From Candidatus Nitrosoabyssus spongiisocia (GTDB lineage Archaea; Thermoproteota; Nitrososphaeria; Nitrososphaerales; Nitrosopumilaceae), in assembly GCA_033471095.1 (NCBI GenBank), contig CP136752.1, positions 1,236,587-1,243,563 of the forward strand: a DNA stretch of 6,977 nucleotides. Direction: 5' to 3'. Under the pieces are notes generated by a model, which saw nothing but the letters and a program-made list of their open reading frames with translations, was not told where the DNA came from and ran no database searches. Each line of letters starts with the position of its first letter. Position 1 is the stretch's first letter. The translations under genes were made by a program, and so were the position numbers. Positions 5,777 through 6,977 of the stretch are shown piece by piece.

Positions 5777-5935
5777 TTATCCAACCTCCACATCCGTTGA
5801 TCTCCACGCTCTGCGTTTAGGATTGGTTCGTACACGACGTTTAGTACGCAATATTACCCATGTAGGCACAGGTGATGTTTGCCTTATCTTCTTCAAAAGT
5901 CGTATCTTTCGTGCAGATGTTTTATGTGCTGGCAT
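5777..5935 (-). CDS. rpl39e: Ribosomal protein eL39 (L39e), 52 aa.
   Basis: It is absent from the ORF track, presumably because it is too short. Manual translation from the ATG at 5935..5933 to the TAA at 5779..5777 gives MPAHKTSARKIRLLKKIRQTSPVPTWVILRTKRRVRTNPKRRAWRSTDVEVG. This matches the archaeal L39e pattern (..KK.RLAK..K.N.P.P.WV.LKT...V..NP.RR.WRR.D..). The conserved archaeal rpl39e-rpl31e gene order is also present. Confidence 0.9.
   Translation of the reverse strand: MPAHKTSARKIRLLKKIRQTSPVPTWVILRTKRRVRTNPKRRAWRSTDVEVG
5784..5789 (-). promoter_or_regulatory. Shine-Dalgarno-like GGAGGT for rpl31e, embedded in the last codons of rpl39e.
   Basis: The minus strand reads GTG GAG GTT GGA TAA ATA ATG. 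GGAGGT ends 10 nt before the rpl31e ATG (5773). It is complementary to the conserved CCUCC at the 16S rRNA 3' end. I found no comparable motif before any other gene in the window. Confidence 0.5.
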
Positions 5936-5957
5936 ATTGGCATTACAAAATAACTAC

Positions 5958-5964
5958 TTTTAAA
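5958..5964 (-). promoter_or_regulatory. TATA-box candidate (TTTAAAA) for the rpl39e-rpl31e operon.
   Basis: The minus strand reads AACTTTAAAAGTAGTTATTTTGTAATGCCAAT-ATG. TTTAAAA spans -29..-23 relative to the rpl39e ATG (5935). This is the same spacing as at the NirK-like gene, and no SD is present. Confidence 0.4.
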
Positions 5965-6063
5965 GTTAATGACTCGTCGATTCGTGTTAATCGGTAAATT
6001 AATGAATTCGTTCTAAAATAAATCATTTTTAATATATTTGAGAAACTTTATGAATAAATTAGA

Positions 6064-6612
6064 CTAAATCATATCTAATCGTTTAGCAATTTGGTATAGT
6101 ATTCTTGCAGTTGCCCCCCAAATCACTAAATTTTGATATTTCAACTTGAATGATTTATCATAGTGATGAGACTGTGTTTCTACATCTTCCTCTAGTGTAT
6201 TTAGTAGTGGCTCTAGTGGGATATTAAAGATGGATTCTACTTCTGAATCCTTTACAGGATTGTGTATGTTTGAGGATATGGCAATAAATGGTTTAATCAT
6301 ATAACCTGAATTTAGGGTAATAACTGAATCCAATTGACCTATTACTTGCTCTCTAGTTATGTTTAGACCTACCTCTTCTCTAGTCTCACGCAGAGCTGTA
6401 TCTAATAAATCCACATCTGCATTAAACTTGCCACCAGGAAATGCAATCTCACCGGCATGAATATTGAGATTTTTTGATTTCTTTATCATCAAAACATTCG
6501 GAGATGTACCAAAAATCAAGACAAGTACAGCGGCGTGTTTATAATTTGTAAAATGTTCCATACTAGAAGACGTGTCATTAGATAATCTAGTCTTGAGGTA
6601 AGACATATCCAT
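6064..6612 (-). CDS. Nudix hydrolase, CoA pyrophosphatase-like (NudL/NUDT7-type).
   Basis: This is a 182-aa ORF. The Nudix box GGKFNADVDLLDTALRETREEVGL lies at 6364..6435. It is preceded by VLMIKKSKNLNIHAGEIAFPGG, which resembles the CoAse-specific motif LLTxRSxxLRxHxGxxxFPGG. Confidence 0.8.
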   Translation of the reverse strand: MDMSYLKTRLSNDTSSSMEHFTNYKHAAVLVLIFGTSPNVLMIKKSKNLNIHAGEIAFPGGKFNADVDLLDTALRETREEVGLNITREQVIGQLDSVITLNSGYMIKPFIAISSNIHNPVKDSEVESIFNIPLEPLLNTLEEDVETQSHHYDKSFKLKYQNLVIWGATARILYQIAKRLDMI

Positions 6613-6632
6613 GGATATGAATATAATAATAA

Positions 6633-6640
6633 CTATTTAG
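6633..6640. promoter_or_regulatory. Central TATA-like element (CTATTTAG / CTAAATAG) in the 51-bp divergent intergenic region. It may act as a shared bidirectional core promoter.
   Basis: The Nudix ATG is at 6612 (minus) and the MTHFR-like ATG at 6664 (plus). The near-palindromic A/T element sits about 25 and about 27 nt from the two start codons. It is a weak TATA match, and other A/T-rich stretches nearby (6620..6631 and 6651..6656) are alternatives. Confidence 0.25.
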
Positions 6641-6663
6641 GCATGATGTTTCTATAATGCATT

Positions 6664-6977
6664 ATGACAATAAGATATGAGTTGAATCCTCCTAGAATTA
6701 ATGACACCTATAATTCTACACAAATTGAGTCTTTATGTCAAAATATTAACAAAAAAATAGATTTTCTTGTAGATTATATCCCTCACATACACATTACAGA
6801 TTCGGTAATGGGAACTAGAAGGATTAGTCCGATGACTATGGTCACATACTTGCAAAAAAAACATTCACGTTTAATATTTACCCTTAGTCTGCGTGCCAGA
6901 GATTATACCAAACTTAGCATAGATAAATTTGTAAAAGAGTCTATAAAAAATAGAGTTGATGGCATTCTTGTAATCCG
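6664..6977 (+). CDS. Methylenetetrahydrofolate reductase (MetF/MTHFR)-like protein, N-terminal fragment. The 3' end runs off the right edge.
   Basis: It is not in the ORF track because it has no in-window stop. The ATG at 6664 is preceded by an in-frame TAA at 6655. The frame is open for 104 codons: MTIRYELNPPRINDTYNSTQIESLCQNINKKIDFLVDYIPHIHITDSVMGTRRISPMTMVTYLQKKHSRLIFTLSLRARDYTKLSIDKFVKESIKNRVDGILVI. The pattern YELNPPR ... ITDS.G ... L..RD ... GI..ILVI(RGD expected next) resembles MetF (FEFFPPR ... VTYGA.G ... HLTC.D ... GIRHIVALRGD). The assignment rests on about 100 aa only. Confidence 0.5.
   Translation, partial: MTIRYELNPPRINDTYNSTQIESLCQNINKKIDFLVDYIPHIHITDSVMGTRRISPMTMVTYLQKKHSRLIFTLSLRARDYTKLSIDKFVKESIKNRVDGILVI

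Noticed and set aside
5965-6013. Three (G/A)TTAAT copies at 5965, 5986 and 5998 (spacing 21 and 12 nt), TTAATGA repeated 33 nt apart, and a relatively GC-rich patch (GACTCGTCGATTCGTG) upstream of the rpl39e promoter.
   Set aside because: TTAAT-type pentamers are expected frequently at this AT content. The repeats are short and imperfect, and the 5-bp inverted repeat CGATT/AATCG is weak. It may be a regulator site, but I cannot distinguish it from background without comparative data.
1-6977. I searched for mobile elements, CRISPR repeats, tRNA or rRNA genes, toxin-antitoxin pairs or defence islands, and for a hidden novel multi-gene system.
   Set aside because: I saw no terminal inverted repeats flanking a transposase-like ORF, no regularly spaced direct repeats, and no tRNA-like GC-rich cloverleaf segments. 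Every substantial ORF is explained by a housekeeping family. Coding density and uniform composition argue for core chromosome rather than an accessory island.

Overview
This is an AT-rich, densely coding archaeal chromosome segment. The gene content points to an ammonia-oxidising thaumarchaeon (Nitrosopumilus-like): eL39 and eL31 ribosomal proteins, a secreted NirK-type copper protein, an FtsZ-fold protein with degenerate GTP motifs, and an archaeal-type MtaB. That taxonomic call is inference from gene content only. I support eight protein genes. Seven lie on the minus strand, in left-to-right window order: NirK-like (C-terminus off the left edge), FtsZ-like, MtaB-type radical-SAM methylthiotransferase, class II fumarase/aspartase-family lyase, eL31, eL39, and a CoA-pyrophosphatase-type Nudix hydrolase. 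One partial gene lies on the plus strand at the right edge (MTHFR-like). The NirK-like gene, the MTHFR-like gene and the 52-aa eL39 gene are absent from the supplied ORF track; I found them by manual translation. I see no rRNA or tRNA, no CRISPR array, no transposase or integrase, and no recognisable defence or toxin module. I do not see a novel multi-gene system, and the region looks like core genome. The candidates for under-described biology are single-locus oddities: (1) an FtsZ/tubulin-fold protein whose GGGTGTG nucleotide-binding signature is eroded to ASTFGAA, with a TTG start; (2) an eL31 carrying a ~110-aa Lys/Ser/Thr/Asp/Glu-rich, Arg-free tail with an internal duplication; (3) TATA-like boxes placed so that several first cistrons look leaderless, one of them overlapping the upstream gene's stop codon, while the internal cistron eL31 has a GGAGGT Shine-Dalgarno; (4) a 207-bp intergenic region with nested inverted repeats. 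All similarity statements come from by-eye comparison with remembered family motifs, not from database searches.
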